From positions 2,892 to 66,891 of the IMG/VR virus record IMGVR_UViG_3300032070_000007: a stretch of DNA of 64,000 nucleotides. One strand, given 5' to 3'. Source of the DNA: a virus (lineage: Duplodnaviria; Caudoviricetes). Below the pieces are notes generated by a model. The model did not search any database. It saw only the letters and a program-made list of their open reading frames with translations, and had not been told where the DNA came from. Of this stretch, positions 49,022 to 59,196 are shown piece by piece. How positions within the stretch are numbered: position 1 is the first letter of the stretch; every line of letters starts with the position of its first letter. A program made the position numbers and the translations under genes.

Positions 49022-49082
49022 TGCCGAGCATTCTGTATGGGTTACGCATCCGCCATCCTTTTTGCTCGTGTACTCAATCCCC

Positions 49083-49487
49083 CTAAATTAGCCTTGCGTA
49101 TTTCACCCTTGCACTTAGATTTGAAACTGTACCACCTGTGATTTCAGCTTCGACCTTGATGCTTCTGCCTTCAAGCAGGAAAGCTCGGTACGCATCTAGT
49201 AGGGGAGTAGCCAAGATGAATCCTGCGTCAGTCGCAACATTTTGCACGGAATAGGGAGTGGTAGAAACGGGGCTTGTAAAATTGCATGTCAAGGCTATAC
49301 CGTCAATTGTTATGTGAATCTCTAATGGTGCAGGTTGAACTGTCCAAGTGACCCAAACGGCAATTGAGATGATCCTAGCGTTCTTCACTGTGTCTAAAAC
49401 CGTGTATTTAGTACCGCTCACAGGATTCGCTTGCGATATGGCTGCATCCGGTTGATGAGTCATTACCCTTTTTTCATCTAAGCTCAA
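49083..49487 (-). CDS. putative virion protein
   Basis: Beta-rich; downstream of the capsid gene. Confidence 0.5.
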   Translation of the reverse strand: MSLDEKRVMTHQPDAAISQANPVSGTKYTVLDTVKNARIISIAVWVTWTVQPAPLEIHITIDGIALTCNFTSPVSTTPYSVQNVATDAGFILATPLLDAYRAFLLEGRSIKVEAEITGGTVSNLSARVKYARLI

Positions 49488-49840
49488 AGTGTACCACCCA
49501 CAATGTTGACGGTGATGGTTCCATGCACACCCGCTGCTGCTGGCTTAACTTGAACTCTCATGTAGTTCCAAATCTCCGTTAAGGTTTCTGCTACAGGAGT
49601 CGCAACAGCAAGTGCTTGATCAGTTACTTTGTTTACCCAGATGATGTTGTCGTTGGAGACATCAATTGAATAGATAAGTGCTTGGGTTGCTGCGGACAGT
49701 TGTATTACTTTGGATTTGAGTCCTCTCATGTAAAAGTAAAGGGTACCGACAACTATCTCAGGGACCACTACATACGTGTCAACAGTAGTAAGTTTAGAAC
49801 CAATCCAGGCTCTTAGCTTCGGTTTAACAAAATGTTCCAT
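49484..49840 (-). CDS. putative virion protein
   Basis: Beta-rich; GGAGTGA RBS. Confidence 0.5.
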   Translation of the reverse strand: MEHFVKPKLRAWIGSKLTTVDTYVVVPEIVVGTLYFYMRGLKSKVIQLSAATQALIYSIDVSNDNIIWVNKVTDQALAVATPVAETLTEIWNYMRVQVKPAAAGVHGTITVNIVGGTL

Positions 49841-49937
49841 GTTTTTTCACTCCTTATTGGGGAATATCAGTGGAATATAATGCCTCCACTACGGCCGAGT
49901 GAACTTAAAAATGGCGTCACTCAAACCTAAAGGATTA

Positions 49938-50402
49938 TTAGAGGGCTGCGTTTACTCCTGCAGCGACGACTTTTCCGTCAGACGAGATTGGGAACCATAG
50001 ACAGTAGAATTTGATAGTTCCAGTATCGATTGCAGCTGTCTTGACTTCGTAGCCAATATCGACGTCCTGGATAATGGCATAAAGCAACGTTGTGAGCAAT
50101 TTTGCTGTTGCGGGAGTTGCATCTGAGAGAAGCTCACCGACATCGATGGTAGTGGCTGTAGTTGTCAGGATGAATAGATCAGTGTCATCAGAGACACCAC
50201 ATTCGATAGTTGCAGTAGCGCCTGTTAGATCGACGGAGCAAACTCCAAAGATTGCAGCAATAACTGTTCCGGTAACAGTGAATAGCTCTTTTTTGGCAAC
50301 AGCACCAGTAGTTGTAGTAAGGAATATTACTTCCTTTTCAACTATACGGAACTGTTGTTTCTTGAACACCTTTGCAATATCCATATATGTTGGTGTTGGC
50401 AT
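49938..50402 (-). CDS. putative virion protein
   Basis: Thr-rich beta protein directly after the capsid gene. Confidence 0.5.
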   Translation of the reverse strand: MPTPTYMDIAKVFKKQQFRIVEKEVIFLTTTTGAVAKKELFTVTGTVIAAIFGVCSVDLTGATATIECGVSDDTDLFILTTTATTIDVGELLSDATPATAKLLTTLLYAIIQDVDIGYEVKTAAIDTGTIKFYCLWFPISSDGKVVAAGVNAAL

Positions 50403-50416
50403 TGCTATTCCTCCAC

Positions 50417-51349
50417 TTAACAGACGTTCGCGATCTTGGCTATCAATCTACTAGTTGCATCAGTTGAACTGTATGGCTGTATCTTTGCTTTGAAGTATCT
50501 CGTGAAGAGAAACTCGTCGCCTACACCGAACTGTCTACGCTCTTCAGTTAGAGGAATGTTCATTCCGCCTTGTGGTTCAAAGCTGCCTATGATACCAGCA
50601 TCGTCAGTATTTACGACTATGTAAGCATCGTCGCTTATGCCTGCTGCCTTGCCTGTAATAGCATCAGTGTATCTGGTTGGATATATGCCTAGTCCATAAA
50701 CAGACTTGAAGTAGTCGAGAAGTTTCTGTTGAACGTTGCCTATGAGTCGTAGTTTCTTCAACTCACCATATACTGGTGCAGGAACAACCATGTTTATGTT
50801 TGCAATGTCTTCGAGGTTGACGTTACTGTTGGATAGAATGTTATTAATAGCGTTACCGACGTTCGAGTCTATGTCAACGTCTGCACCACCAGAATTCCAC
50901 TCATCTCCGGCAGCAACAGTTACAGTATTGGTAGCATATGTACCAGCGATTATCATGTCGAGAATGTGGGAATCCATCTGAACTGCCATTGCCTCTGAAG
51001 CTCTCTTTAGACCCATCTGACGTTGGTAGTTCTCCAACTGCCTGGCCTTTGCTTCGTCCGTTATCAAGTAATGCACGTGGCATTTCTCAAGTGACACATT
51101 GAACGGTGTCCAAACGATCTTCTCTAGCTTACCCATTGCTCCTTCTGGTACTGGATACTCGCCTGTGAATTCTGACGGGAACTCAAATTTCACGTCAAGA
51201 ACACCGAAGTTTCTAGTAGGTAGAAGCTTTGTTCCAACTGACAAGAGATCTGCTTTACGGTATATGACCTCACGCAGGATGTCACGCTGAATGACTATAT
51301 CAGAAGTCATTCCACCCATCGCAATATCTTTCCAATCAACAAGTACCAT
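50417..51349 (-). CDS. major capsid protein (HK97 fold)
   Basis: 310 aa; VPEGA, ITDEA, A.A...D..IL; follows scaffold and decoration genes. Confidence 0.8.
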   Translation of the reverse strand: MVLVDWKDIAMGGMTSDIVIQRDILREVIYRKADLLSVGTKLLPTRNFGVLDVKFEFPSEFTGEYPVPEGAMGKLEKIVWTPFNVSLEKCHVHYLITDEAKARQLENYQRQMGLKRASEAMAVQMDSHILDMIIAGTYATNTVTVAAGDEWNSGGADVDIDSNVGNAINNILSNSNVNLEDIANINMVVPAPVYGELKKLRLIGNVQQKLLDYFKSVYGLGIYPTRYTDAITGKAAGISDDAYIVVNTDDAGIIGSFEPQGGMNIPLTEERRQFGVGDEFLFTRYFKAKIQPYSSTDATSRLIAKIANVC

Positions 51350-51356
51350 AGTTTTT

Positions 51357-51782
51357 CTACTCCGGTAGTTTTAGATCGACAAGAACATATCCGGCTGTGT
51401 CCACGGCTAATGCAGATAGTGCAGTGCCTACGCGAATCAAGTTCTCAGACCAAACTATGTCGTTTGTTACTGTTTGCACTTGTCCTAATCCGCCGGTTTG
51501 AGCACATATAGTGCTACCAACGGCAACAACTACGTGCGTAGTTCCAAACTTCACCCATGCTTGGCCGTGTCGGACTATTCCAACTTCCTTATTCGCAGCA
51601 GCAACTAAGGTTACGGGATCCTTTGTGGACTTGTATGCAATACCTAGCACCTTAACAGCACCTAGGTGTTTCTTCACCCGGCCTGCAGTAGCGCCGATTT
51701 CTAGAATGTACCCATAGTCATCTAATGCGTCTTCACAAATCGCATACCACAGCTCGTCTGCCAATCTAGCTTGTGCTGACAT
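51357..51782 (-). CDS. capsid decoration/cement protein, copy 2
   Basis: MSAQARLADELWY...; paralog of 51788-52213. Confidence 0.65.
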   Translation of the reverse strand: MSAQARLADELWYAICEDALDDYGYILEIGATAGRVKKHLGAVKVLGIAYKSTKDPVTLVAAANKEVGIVRHGQAWVKFGTTHVVVAVGSTICAQTGGLGQVQTVTNDIVWSENLIRVGTALSALAVDTAGYVLVDLKLPE

Positions 51783-51787
51783 ACCTA

Positions 51788-52213
51788 TTACTCCGCGAGG
51801 CTTAGGTCTACTAACGCGTAGCCAGCAGTGTTCAGTGCCAGTGCACTTAGTGCGGTACCGATTCGTAAGCAACGCTCGGCCCAGGTCATGTTATCAGTTA
51901 CTGTCTGCAGCTGTCCTAATCCACCAGCCTTAGCGCATACCGAATCACCAACTGCTATTGCACCATGGGTAGCATCGAATTTGACCCAAGCTTGACCATG
52001 TCGGACAACAGCAACTTTTTTAGCTGCAGCTGCAACTAAAGTGATAGGGTCTTTGGTTGACTTATATGCTATACCCATAGCTTTGCCGGTACCGTCATGT
52101 AACTTGAGTTTGCCAGCTGTAGCACTCATTTCGAAGATATATCCGTAGTCGTCAAGAGCGTCGTCAACTTCGGCATACCAAAGTTCATCTGTCAATCTAG
52201 CTTGTGCGGACAT
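51788..52213 (-). CDS. capsid decoration/cement protein, copy 1
   Basis: GIA...V.VVRHG...I.VGD.V...G...IGTAL pattern. Confidence 0.65.
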   Translation of the reverse strand: MSAQARLTDELWYAEVDDALDDYGYIFEMSATAGKLKLHDGTGKAMGIAYKSTKDPITLVAAAAKKVAVVRHGQAWVKFDATHGAIAVGDSVCAKAGGLGQLQTVTDNMTWAERCLRIGTALSALALNTAGYALVDLSLAE

Positions 52214-52217
52214 CTTC

Positions 52218-52877
52218 TTAGATCTCCTTTACGATTGTAGCGATGTCGTCTTTGCCGAACATGCCTTTGGTTAGTTCTTTGCGATGAGCTAGAGCGGTGT
52301 CGGATGTTCCAAGATGCATTTTGGATTCGATTTCAGGTAGTGTTTCCTTGAAGTGCTTTACGGTTTCCATGTATGTATCGATGGCAGTAATTGCAGCTAA
52401 GGTATTATCCGCGAATGGGGCTAAGAATTTCTTCTCATCGAAAGTGGGGTCAACTTTCTTGACCTCAACGATGTGAGCAGCAAGAGTGACCTTGATCTCT
52501 TCTTTCTTGGCGTTCTCTAGAGCTTCTAGTCTGGACATAATGGGCTTCAGTTCACCGGGTATTTCAGGTGTCTCTCCTGGTTTCTCTGGCTCCTTCTCAG
52601 CATGCATCTTTGTCCATTCCTCAACGCCTTGCTTGAGAGTCTTGCCAGCCTTCATGCTCTGTTGAATGAACGCAACGTACTCTTTCATATCAGCAGACAT
52701 CTCGGTATCTTTGTGCTTAGAGTCCCACTCACCTTTGCATGCGGCAGCGGATTTACCACCGGTCATACATGACTTCATGAAACCTGCGTAATCGTTAGCA
52801 AGATCCAGTTTCAGTGTCTTTGCGGCTTCCTCTAGTATTTGAAAAGTTTCGAGTTCGGTTGGTTTGTCATCTGTCAT
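52218..52877 (-). CDS. scaffolding protein
   Basis: Charged helical protein between protease and capsid genes. Confidence 0.6.
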   Translation of the reverse strand: MTDDKPTELETFQILEEAAKTLKLDLANDYAGFMKSCMTGGKSAAACKGEWDSKHKDTEMSADMKEYVAFIQQSMKAGKTLKQGVEEWTKMHAEKEPEKPGETPEIPGELKPIMSRLEALENAKKEEIKVTLAAHIVEVKKVDPTFDEKKFLAPFADNTLAAITAIDTYMETVKHFKETLPEIESKMHLGTSDTALAHRKELTKGMFGKDDIATIVKEI

Positions 52878-53036
52878 TTTTCTTTATTCTCCATTTACTG
52901 TTCTAAACTGTTGAGGTTTTTGACCTTAACAGTCTGTTCGAATATTACACACTTGTACTTTAAATATTTAGTGGTTGATGTGGTTATATGTTTAGCTGTT
53001 TATATTAGAGTTACTTTACCTCTTGTAAAATACCTT

Positions 53037-54422
53037 CTAACTATTTAGACTATCAGGATTCAACTTTCTGAACGTATGTACCCAACTCGTTTTGCAAGCA
53101 GGCGAGTCTACGAACGAGAACCCTCTAGCTTTGATAGAATGTGCAATATAGGTACCGTCACTATCCAATGAAGTCATAGAGCGGAGTTCAGGCGAAATGC
53201 CTACTGGTCTTCCTGATGCAATGTCTGCTTCGATTTCCTTGATTTCTTCCTGGTCGAACACATAACCGTCAATCCATGCTTGATCATTGATGATTGAGTA
53301 GCCGGTGGAAAATCCTACCACATCAACGTCGCGGTCTTTATGTCGAGACTTTATTCGTTGGAAGGGGAACGACGAAGCTCCTTCCAGAACCACAGCTCTA
53401 TCGTATTTCATAGTATGACCATCAATGCCAGTCCATACTCCAGGCGCTAACGCTAATGCTTTGAAGTAGAGTAGATCGCCATTCCGTTTAAATGTAAAAC
53501 TGTTTGGATCTGCAGCCATACATATCTGTACTTCTACTGCACTAGCTCCTTTTTCTAACTTTTGCTCCGTAAGTGTCCAGTTACCTTGAAGTTTGTTGCC
53601 AAGGAATTCAAACTTACGCGTGTCTTGCATCAATATAGTACCAGCATCTAGTTCTTTGCTCGTTAGCCTTGAGTATGGAGGTAATGTTATTGCTTCAATG
53701 ATTGATGCTGTTTCTGAAATGAGAGGGTTATTATCAAATAGCTGTACTATATCGTGATCTTCACCCTTTATTGTTAGTTGGAAGTACGTCTTTTCGGGAC
53801 CCCACTTAAATGGATTAGGCTGTATAGTTTGAAGTGTTAGTTGTTCTAACTTGAACTTAGCCTCAAGTTTTGGACCTTCACTCCATTTGATGCTAGCAAC
53901 TCCGTTGATTGCACGTTGAGAGACTATATCGTCTCCATATTTTATGGTTTCGCCAGCGAGTACAAAAGTCTTGCTCTTCCACTTGTCAAAATCCTTGCCA
54001 CAGAACCATGCATGACCCATCCCTTCCGCCCACATAACTTCTACAGTTGGAGGAGCATCACACATCATGCAATGATCGACTGAATACCGCTGTTCCAATA
54101 TAGTGAGCAGCGCTTGGTCTAGCTTCAGGTTTTCGGGGTCTGTCAATCCTTCGACTCTAAGACCAGGAGCTTCTAACGAGTGGGCAAAGCTCATTAGAAG
54201 CTCCTCGGCGGCACATGTGGAAATTGTCAGTGTTTCCAGTTTCACCCATTGGTCTCCAGCTTTCTTATACTTTCTCTTGATCTGCGCCCACGCAGCCATA
54301 CGGGCTTGGTTATCATCGTGGTTCTTTGCGTAGACCGCGTTAAAGACTCTTATGCCCAAAGATTGTGCTCCTTTAGGCAGATTTTTGAGCCAGTTTGGCG
54401 GACTGTCTTTCGTATAGGGCAT
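53037..54422 (-). CDS. ChaB-domain / prohead protease fusion
   Basis: N-terminal ChaB (LP..AQ....VFN......AR.AAW..IK.KY.K....W); C-terminal G.W...H....VVG...GISPE...FVDSPAC. Confidence 0.7.
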   Translation of the reverse strand: MPYTKDSPPNWLKNLPKGAQSLGIRVFNAVYAKNHDDNQARMAAWAQIKRKYKKAGDQWVKLETLTISTCAAEELLMSFAHSLEAPGLRVEGLTDPENLKLDQALLTILEQRYSVDHCMMCDAPPTVEVMWAEGMGHAWFCGKDFDKWKSKTFVLAGETIKYGDDIVSQRAINGVASIKWSEGPKLEAKFKLEQLTLQTIQPNPFKWGPEKTYFQLTIKGEDHDIVQLFDNNPLISETASIIEAITLPPYSRLTSKELDAGTILMQDTRKFEFLGNKLQGNWTLTEQKLEKGASAVEVQICMAADPNSFTFKRNGDLLYFKALALAPGVWTGIDGHTMKYDRAVVLEGASSFPFQRIKSRHKDRDVDVVGFSTGYSIINDQAWIDGYVFDQEEIKEIEADIASGRPVGISPELRSMTSLDSDGTYIAHSIKARGFSFVDSPACKTSWVHTFRKLNPDSLNS

Positions 54423-54427
54423 TTAAA

Positions 54428-55867
54428 TCACCTTTGAGTTGTTCTCTTTTTTTCAGAAGGATAATCGGGCCATACTGTATTACGCGTCTTTTCAGTAGCA
54501 ATAATAGTGTCCTCGATACTACTGGTGCCAGGAGCAGTGTTATCTACTGGCTCCATTTCATCAATTTCAGCTTTCTGGTCCTCACTTAATGAAGGCAATC
54601 CCCACTCTGCTCTTATTTCCGTCCGAGTGAAACACCGAGACTGCCTCATTATTGCAACTTGACGCATAATCTCTGTTTTGTCCTTCTCCAATATCAACCT
54701 GAGCCTGATATTCAAGTTATTCAAAACTTCATCGTACCGTCTACCAAACTTCACCTGTATACTCTTTCTAAGTACCCCTTCTAGTTGTGTTTTGATGATA
54801 TCTGCAACTGATAATGCCTGCAAGATAGCAAACGAACCACTCATTAACGCACTCGCATACGAAGTGTTACGTGAGACCGGTGGTAATCCCATAGCATTGG
54901 AAATGGCGTCGTTGATTTGTGCGATTTTCTGATTTGGTTGTTGGTAATTGGTAGACCTCGGTTCCACATATTCAATTTCAGTATTCCTATCCGTCACCAT
55001 ACCAACGTCTACTTGCCTACCTTGAATTCCCTGAGCATAAGTATCAGCCGCTGTTTGTGCAGCTGCTAACGCCTGTCTTTCACGTTCCTCTCTAGTGCCT
55101 TGATATTTCTCAGGCGAAAACTGCGACAAATCAATCTTATGCCACTCCCTAGGTACATTTCTATGTGACCATAAGATGTCGTTAATCATGGTATTGACTT
55201 TCCACTCTAACGAAGAAAGTAGAGTTCGAGTTGGAGGCTTTGACCATACGCCATAAGTCTTTCTGCCCATAATGTCTACTAAGTACGTTGATTTAGCGTT
55301 TAGTGAACACTTGACACATGCAGTAGCATCATATATTTGTTGTTGTGAGGAGTCTTGTTCATTGGAAACGTAGAAGTTAGGATTGAATATCTCGGCACTA
55401 TAGTTTCCTATTTGGTCTTTTGTTTCAACAGCAGTTAACTGGAATCGAGGCAGAGTTTCGATTTTCGTCACTCCGTTAGCCACATCCCAAACCATGTGCT
55501 TAACGACATCACCATATTTCATGAGGTCGAATGCAGTGGAAAAGAATTCACCTTTGAAGTCTAGCTTGTACGCCATTCTCTTAGCTTCGTCCAGAAGTTC
55601 CACTTCATTATCATCCAACTGCCTACCAGCCTCAATAGAGATGTCCGAAAACGCCTGTCTACTCATGTGTGCAATTCTGGATAGGTAACCGTATAAATCA
55701 GCATCAATGTCTATCATTGCATCGTATATTCGGTAGAAGTTCCCTTGCTTTGCTTCGGAAAAGAAAGAATATGGCCAGTTCAACGTCTGCACTATAGGTG
55801 GTTGCGATTGGGGAGTAGAGTCGCGAATTGCGCTTAGTTTGGCAGTTATCTTTTTCAGGAAACTCAT
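54428..55867 (-). CDS. portal protein
   Basis: 479 aa after terL; KYGD, GLP, EIRAEWGLP. Confidence 0.8.
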   Translation of the reverse strand: MSFLKKITAKLSAIRDSTPQSQPPIVQTLNWPYSFFSEAKQGNFYRIYDAMIDIDADLYGYLSRIAHMSRQAFSDISIEAGRQLDDNEVELLDEAKRMAYKLDFKGEFFSTAFDLMKYGDVVKHMVWDVANGVTKIETLPRFQLTAVETKDQIGNYSAEIFNPNFYVSNEQDSSQQQIYDATACVKCSLNAKSTYLVDIMGRKTYGVWSKPPTRTLLSSLEWKVNTMINDILWSHRNVPREWHKIDLSQFSPEKYQGTREERERQALAAAQTAADTYAQGIQGRQVDVGMVTDRNTEIEYVEPRSTNYQQPNQKIAQINDAISNAMGLPPVSRNTSYASALMSGSFAILQALSVADIIKTQLEGVLRKSIQVKFGRRYDEVLNNLNIRLRLILEKDKTEIMRQVAIMRQSRCFTRTEIRAEWGLPSLSEDQKAEIDEMEPVDNTAPGTSSIEDTIIATEKTRNTVWPDYPSEKKRTTQR

Positions 55868-55868
55868 T

Positions 55869-57425
55869 TTACATTCCTCTTATTGTTGGTGCTAAAATTT
55901 TCCGATAATACATAGGATGAAAAGGAATAGGCTCAACTGGTTTGCCTTTAAGTTCCCATACCAACTGTGCTAGTGCATCAGCGAGATCTTTAGCTCCTTT
56001 CCTAGGATGATCCACCTTTTGGCCCCTGTAAATTTCTAAATTCGTCAACTCATCCTTTAGTGCTTCGTGCTCATAACAGTCAACTTCATGGAGCCGCCAG
56101 GCCTCCTTAAGACGTTCGTGTTGCTGGAGTTTTACTACGTTGAATTCCACTTGAACTCCTGATTCTCGTATTTCAGCAATCGTTTCAGGGTAGTCCCAAC
56201 GGTCTACAATGAACTTGCTGATGTCGAAGCGTTTCTTTAAGGTTCCGATGAAGTACTTAACTTCTGTGGGGTCAACTTCAAGTTTTGGAGCGATCTTATG
56301 TAGCAGGTCTATGAATATGCGGCCGTCTTCAGTCAAATGACCTAACGCCAGACCAAAAGACTCAAATTTGGATGCCGGATCGCCTGTTAACACATAATCA
56401 AAACTCCTACTGCCCATCAACCAGTCCGCTATCTCGCCGTTTACTAGTACTGGATTCATTCTTTTCTTATTGAACTCGATTATCGAAACATCTGTATAAT
56501 ACTTTTCGATAGCACGGGAAGGTTGAGCCCCGTAATCTCGCCAAGCTGCGTCAGGATCCTGTGCAAAGTCGTCCTGCAGCATTGCTTCAGTGATGTTAGG
56601 ATTCATGTCCCAAGTCGCGTATTTGTATCCAAGCATAGTTTCGATACGTTTGGATTGTTCGTAAAGTTGATCTATGATGTCGCCTGAGTAGAGTGTTGAG
56701 GAAATAGCGACTCGTCTAGCTTTCAGCGCGGGTACCTTCTTGGTGCCACGACCAAGACCATGAAACACCGCCCAACCACTACGTCCACCTTTAGTATCCT
56801 GAAATCTACCTAACTCATCAAATAAAGCAGCTTTAACTGCCCTTCCAACCAATGAGGCACTATTTGACCCACCACACTTTATCGTTACGTGCTTTTGTGG
56901 GAAACTGAACTCATTATATCTTTCATCTGGATGTAACCATTGGAAGTATGGCGAGTTCTCTATCTTCCCTTTCTCTTGCGCGTATATGGTGTCGTGAGCT
57001 TGGTCATCGGAAGTAGCTACGTTAAGGACGAAAAATTCCGTACCCGAACCCGCACCGTAAAAGTGTACAGGGTCGTCAAGTGACAAGAGTTCGAATGCCT
57101 GCTGGAGTCCGATGCAGGAAGTGAGGAATGTTTTGCCTGAATTCATTCCAGCCTCTATTATCAAATCGTTATACTGTTGGACGTGAGCTTTAGTGAACTC
57201 TTCCATCTTATCGGTACGCAAAGCATCCTCACGTAACCCTATCCATTCATCAATTGACATGGCTTTTGGGACTCCCCAGATAAATCGTCTGATGACGTCT
57301 TTTTCGAGAGGCCACATCTCCTGTCCCAAGAAGTACTTGTCCTCACAGAAAAATATAGGATCAAACCTAGCCTGCAGCATCTTATGCATTTGCTCTTCGG
57401 GAGCTAGGTCTTCCCAGTTTTTCAT
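55869..57425 (-). CDS. terL: terminase large subunit
   Basis: GMNSGKT, LFDE, GDPA, KDLADA. Confidence 0.9.
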   Translation of the reverse strand: MKNWEDLAPEEQMHKMLQARFDPIFFCEDKYFLGQEMWPLEKDVIRRFIWGVPKAMSIDEWIGLREDALRTDKMEEFTKAHVQQYNDLIIEAGMNSGKTFLTSCIGLQQAFELLSLDDPVHFYGAGSGTEFFVLNVATSDDQAHDTIYAQEKGKIENSPYFQWLHPDERYNEFSFPQKHVTIKCGGSNSASLVGRAVKAALFDELGRFQDTKGGRSGWAVFHGLGRGTKKVPALKARRVAISSTLYSGDIIDQLYEQSKRIETMLGYKYATWDMNPNITEAMLQDDFAQDPDAAWRDYGAQPSRAIEKYYTDVSIIEFNKKRMNPVLVNGEIADWLMGSRSFDYVLTGDPASKFESFGLALGHLTEDGRIFIDLLHKIAPKLEVDPTEVKYFIGTLKKRFDISKFIVDRWDYPETIAEIRESGVQVEFNVVKLQQHERLKEAWRLHEVDCYEHEALKDELTNLEIYRGQKVDHPRKGAKDLADALAQLVWELKGKPVEPIPFHPMYYRKILAPTIRGM

Positions 57426-57982
57426 GCAGCAACTATCTCCTGCATTTCAATAATTCTAGTATCCTGCAACTCCTTCAGCTTTGCCATTAATCGAGATTGG
57501 CAGTGTGGGCATAGGACTCCGTTAACTAACTCAACTAACTTTGTGTATCTTATGTTGAGTTGATTTATTTGAATTGTAGGTGAATTCGTAAGTGAACCCT
57601 CGAGCCTACAGAGGAATTCGGCAGTTTGTCGGGCCTCCGACGCGATTGCCCTAATTCTTCCTTCAACAGCCTCTTCTATTGGGAACTCCAGAAGGGCCTC
57701 ACAGCGAGTTAATAACTTACCAAAAATATCCTTCATGCGCCCAACTTGCGTAGAGACGTCTACTACTACTTTCTCAACAGCCGGCGAAACCCTTTCTGCA
57801 AGTGGTCGCTGGACATCACGTGTAAAATGAATGGAATAGTACGCACTTGAACACCCCAATCGTTTAGCGGCTTCCTCTTGGTTTATCTTTTTCGCAAAGA
57901 ACAAGAGGTCCACCTCTCTGACGTCAGCGTGTGCACAACATTTACAGGAACGTCTGTTAAGGCGATAGTTGAGGGTTTCCAT
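57422..57982 (-). CDS. terminase small subunit (putative)
   Basis: CKCC plus HTH N-terminus and helical C-terminus; directly upstream of terL. Confidence 0.6.
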   Translation of the reverse strand: METLNYRLNRRSCKCCAHADVREVDLLFFAKKINQEEAAKRLGCSSAYYSIHFTRDVQRPLAERVSPAVEKVVVDVSTQVGRMKDIFGKLLTRCEALLEFPIEEAVEGRIRAIASEARQTAEFLCRLEGSLTNSPTIQINQLNIRYTKLVELVNGVLCPHCQSRLMAKLKELQDTRIIEMQEIVAA

Positions 57983-58061
57983 ATTTCATTAATGTGAGTG
58001 GTAAACTATTTAAAATGTGTGGTTTAGGTGTTTATTCGGGGAGTATTAGGGGTACTTGTAG

Positions 58062-58128
58062 GAAACGGTTCCACGGTTAAACGGTTAATGAAATTTATAT
58101 ATGTAGTACAACCGTTTATCCGTTTTTT
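58062..58128. promoter_or_regulatory. second ACGGTT/AACCGTT repeat element with TATA core
   Basis: ACGGTT three times, then TTTATATATGTAGT, then AACCGTTTATCCGTTTT. Confidence 0.5.
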
Positions 58129-58283
58129 CTGAAATTTTTTGCCCAAAAATTCTATAGTACCCCAGCACTGCAACATAGGTCAACGCAAGTCCGTAACCAA
58201 TACTTCCTAACTTTACTCTGGGAATTCCGCAGAGTAAATTCTCGTAGAGATGACATATTCCGTCATTTTTATATATTAAATAT

Positions 58284-58430
58284 TAAGATTCCTTACTTAA
58301 GTATTACGACTTAAGATTACGGAGTTTATATTAAATATTACGACTTATGACGTAAGACTTGAGTATTAAGATAAAGGACTGTATATTAAATATTAAGACT
58401 TAAGTATTGTTAATTAAGTCTTAAGATTAC
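58284..58430. repeat. TAAGAC/TACGAC/CTTAAG short-repeat array (left)
   Basis: Multiple direct and inverted copies. Confidence 0.6.
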
Positions 58431-58585
58431 GGAAGTAATATTGTATAGTAAGTAATAGGAGTTAGGAAAGTATATAAATAAATTAATATTGAATAGTAAG
58501 TATTAAGATATAAAAGTTTAAATGGAAATGTAAATTTTAATATTATAAAAAGTTTAAAATTAAGGAAAGTTTAAATGTAAATGTA

Positions 58586-58604
58586 GAAAAGATTTATATA
58601 TAAG
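58586..58604 (+). promoter_or_regulatory. BRE-TATA promoter of the C-free operon
   Basis: GAAAAGATTTATATATAAG about 45 nt upstream of ATG 58640. Confidence 0.7.
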
Positions 58605-58639
58605 TTTGTATATTATATAATTAAGGAAAGTGAAAAAAA

Positions 58640-58876
58640 ATGAAAATAAGTGAAAAAGTTTGGGAAAGTGGAAAAAGTTTGAATGGAAATGAGAAAAAGG
58701 AAAAAATATTGGAGGTTTTGGTAAAGGAAGGAATATGTGATATTGAGGAGATAAGGAAAGTAGGAAAAGAAAAGTGGATATGGGGAAGTTTGAAAAGTTT
58801 GGAAGAAGAAGGATTAGTGGAAAGTAGAAAAGTAGGAAAGAAGAAGTTTTATAGGATAAAGGGGGTGGAAAATTGA
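58640..58876 (+). CDS. small winged-helix protein encoded without C
   Basis: Aligns by eye with the 59805 and 61894 paralogs (WESG...KILE...KW..G.LK.L.E.G.VE..K.GKK..YR). Confidence 0.8.
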   Translation: MKISEKVWESGKSLNGNEKKEKILEVLVKEGICDIEEIRKVGKEKWIWGSLKSLEEEGLVESRKVGKKKFYRIKGVEN

Positions 58877-59196
58877 AATTTGAGAATTGGAGTGATAAGA
58901 GAATAAAAGAGGAAAATAGGAAAAGAGAAGGAATAAAGGAGGGTATGAAAATGAAAAGTTGGAAAGAAGTAAAAGAAGAATGTAAGGAAAATGGAGTAGA
59001 TATGAATAGGTTGAATTGGGTAGATAAAAGAAAAGGAGGAAGAAGAAGGAAAGTTGTAGGAATAGGAGGAAGTGAGAAAGAAAAAGAGATAATGGAAAGA
59101 AATGGATTTAGGAAATATAAAAGTGTGGAAGTAGGAATGAGTAGAGGATATGGATATTGGTGTTGGGTAAGGTTTGAAAAGGAGGTGGAAAAATGA
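58873..59196 (+). CDS. basic hypothetical protein encoded without C
   Basis: GGGGGTGG RBS, TTG start, coupled to both neighbours. Confidence 0.7.
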   Translation: MKFENWSDKRIKEENRKREGIKEGMKMKSWKEVKEECKENGVDMNRLNWVDKRKGGRRRKVVGIGGSEKEKEIMERNGFRKYKSVEVGMSRGYGYWCWVRFEKEVEK

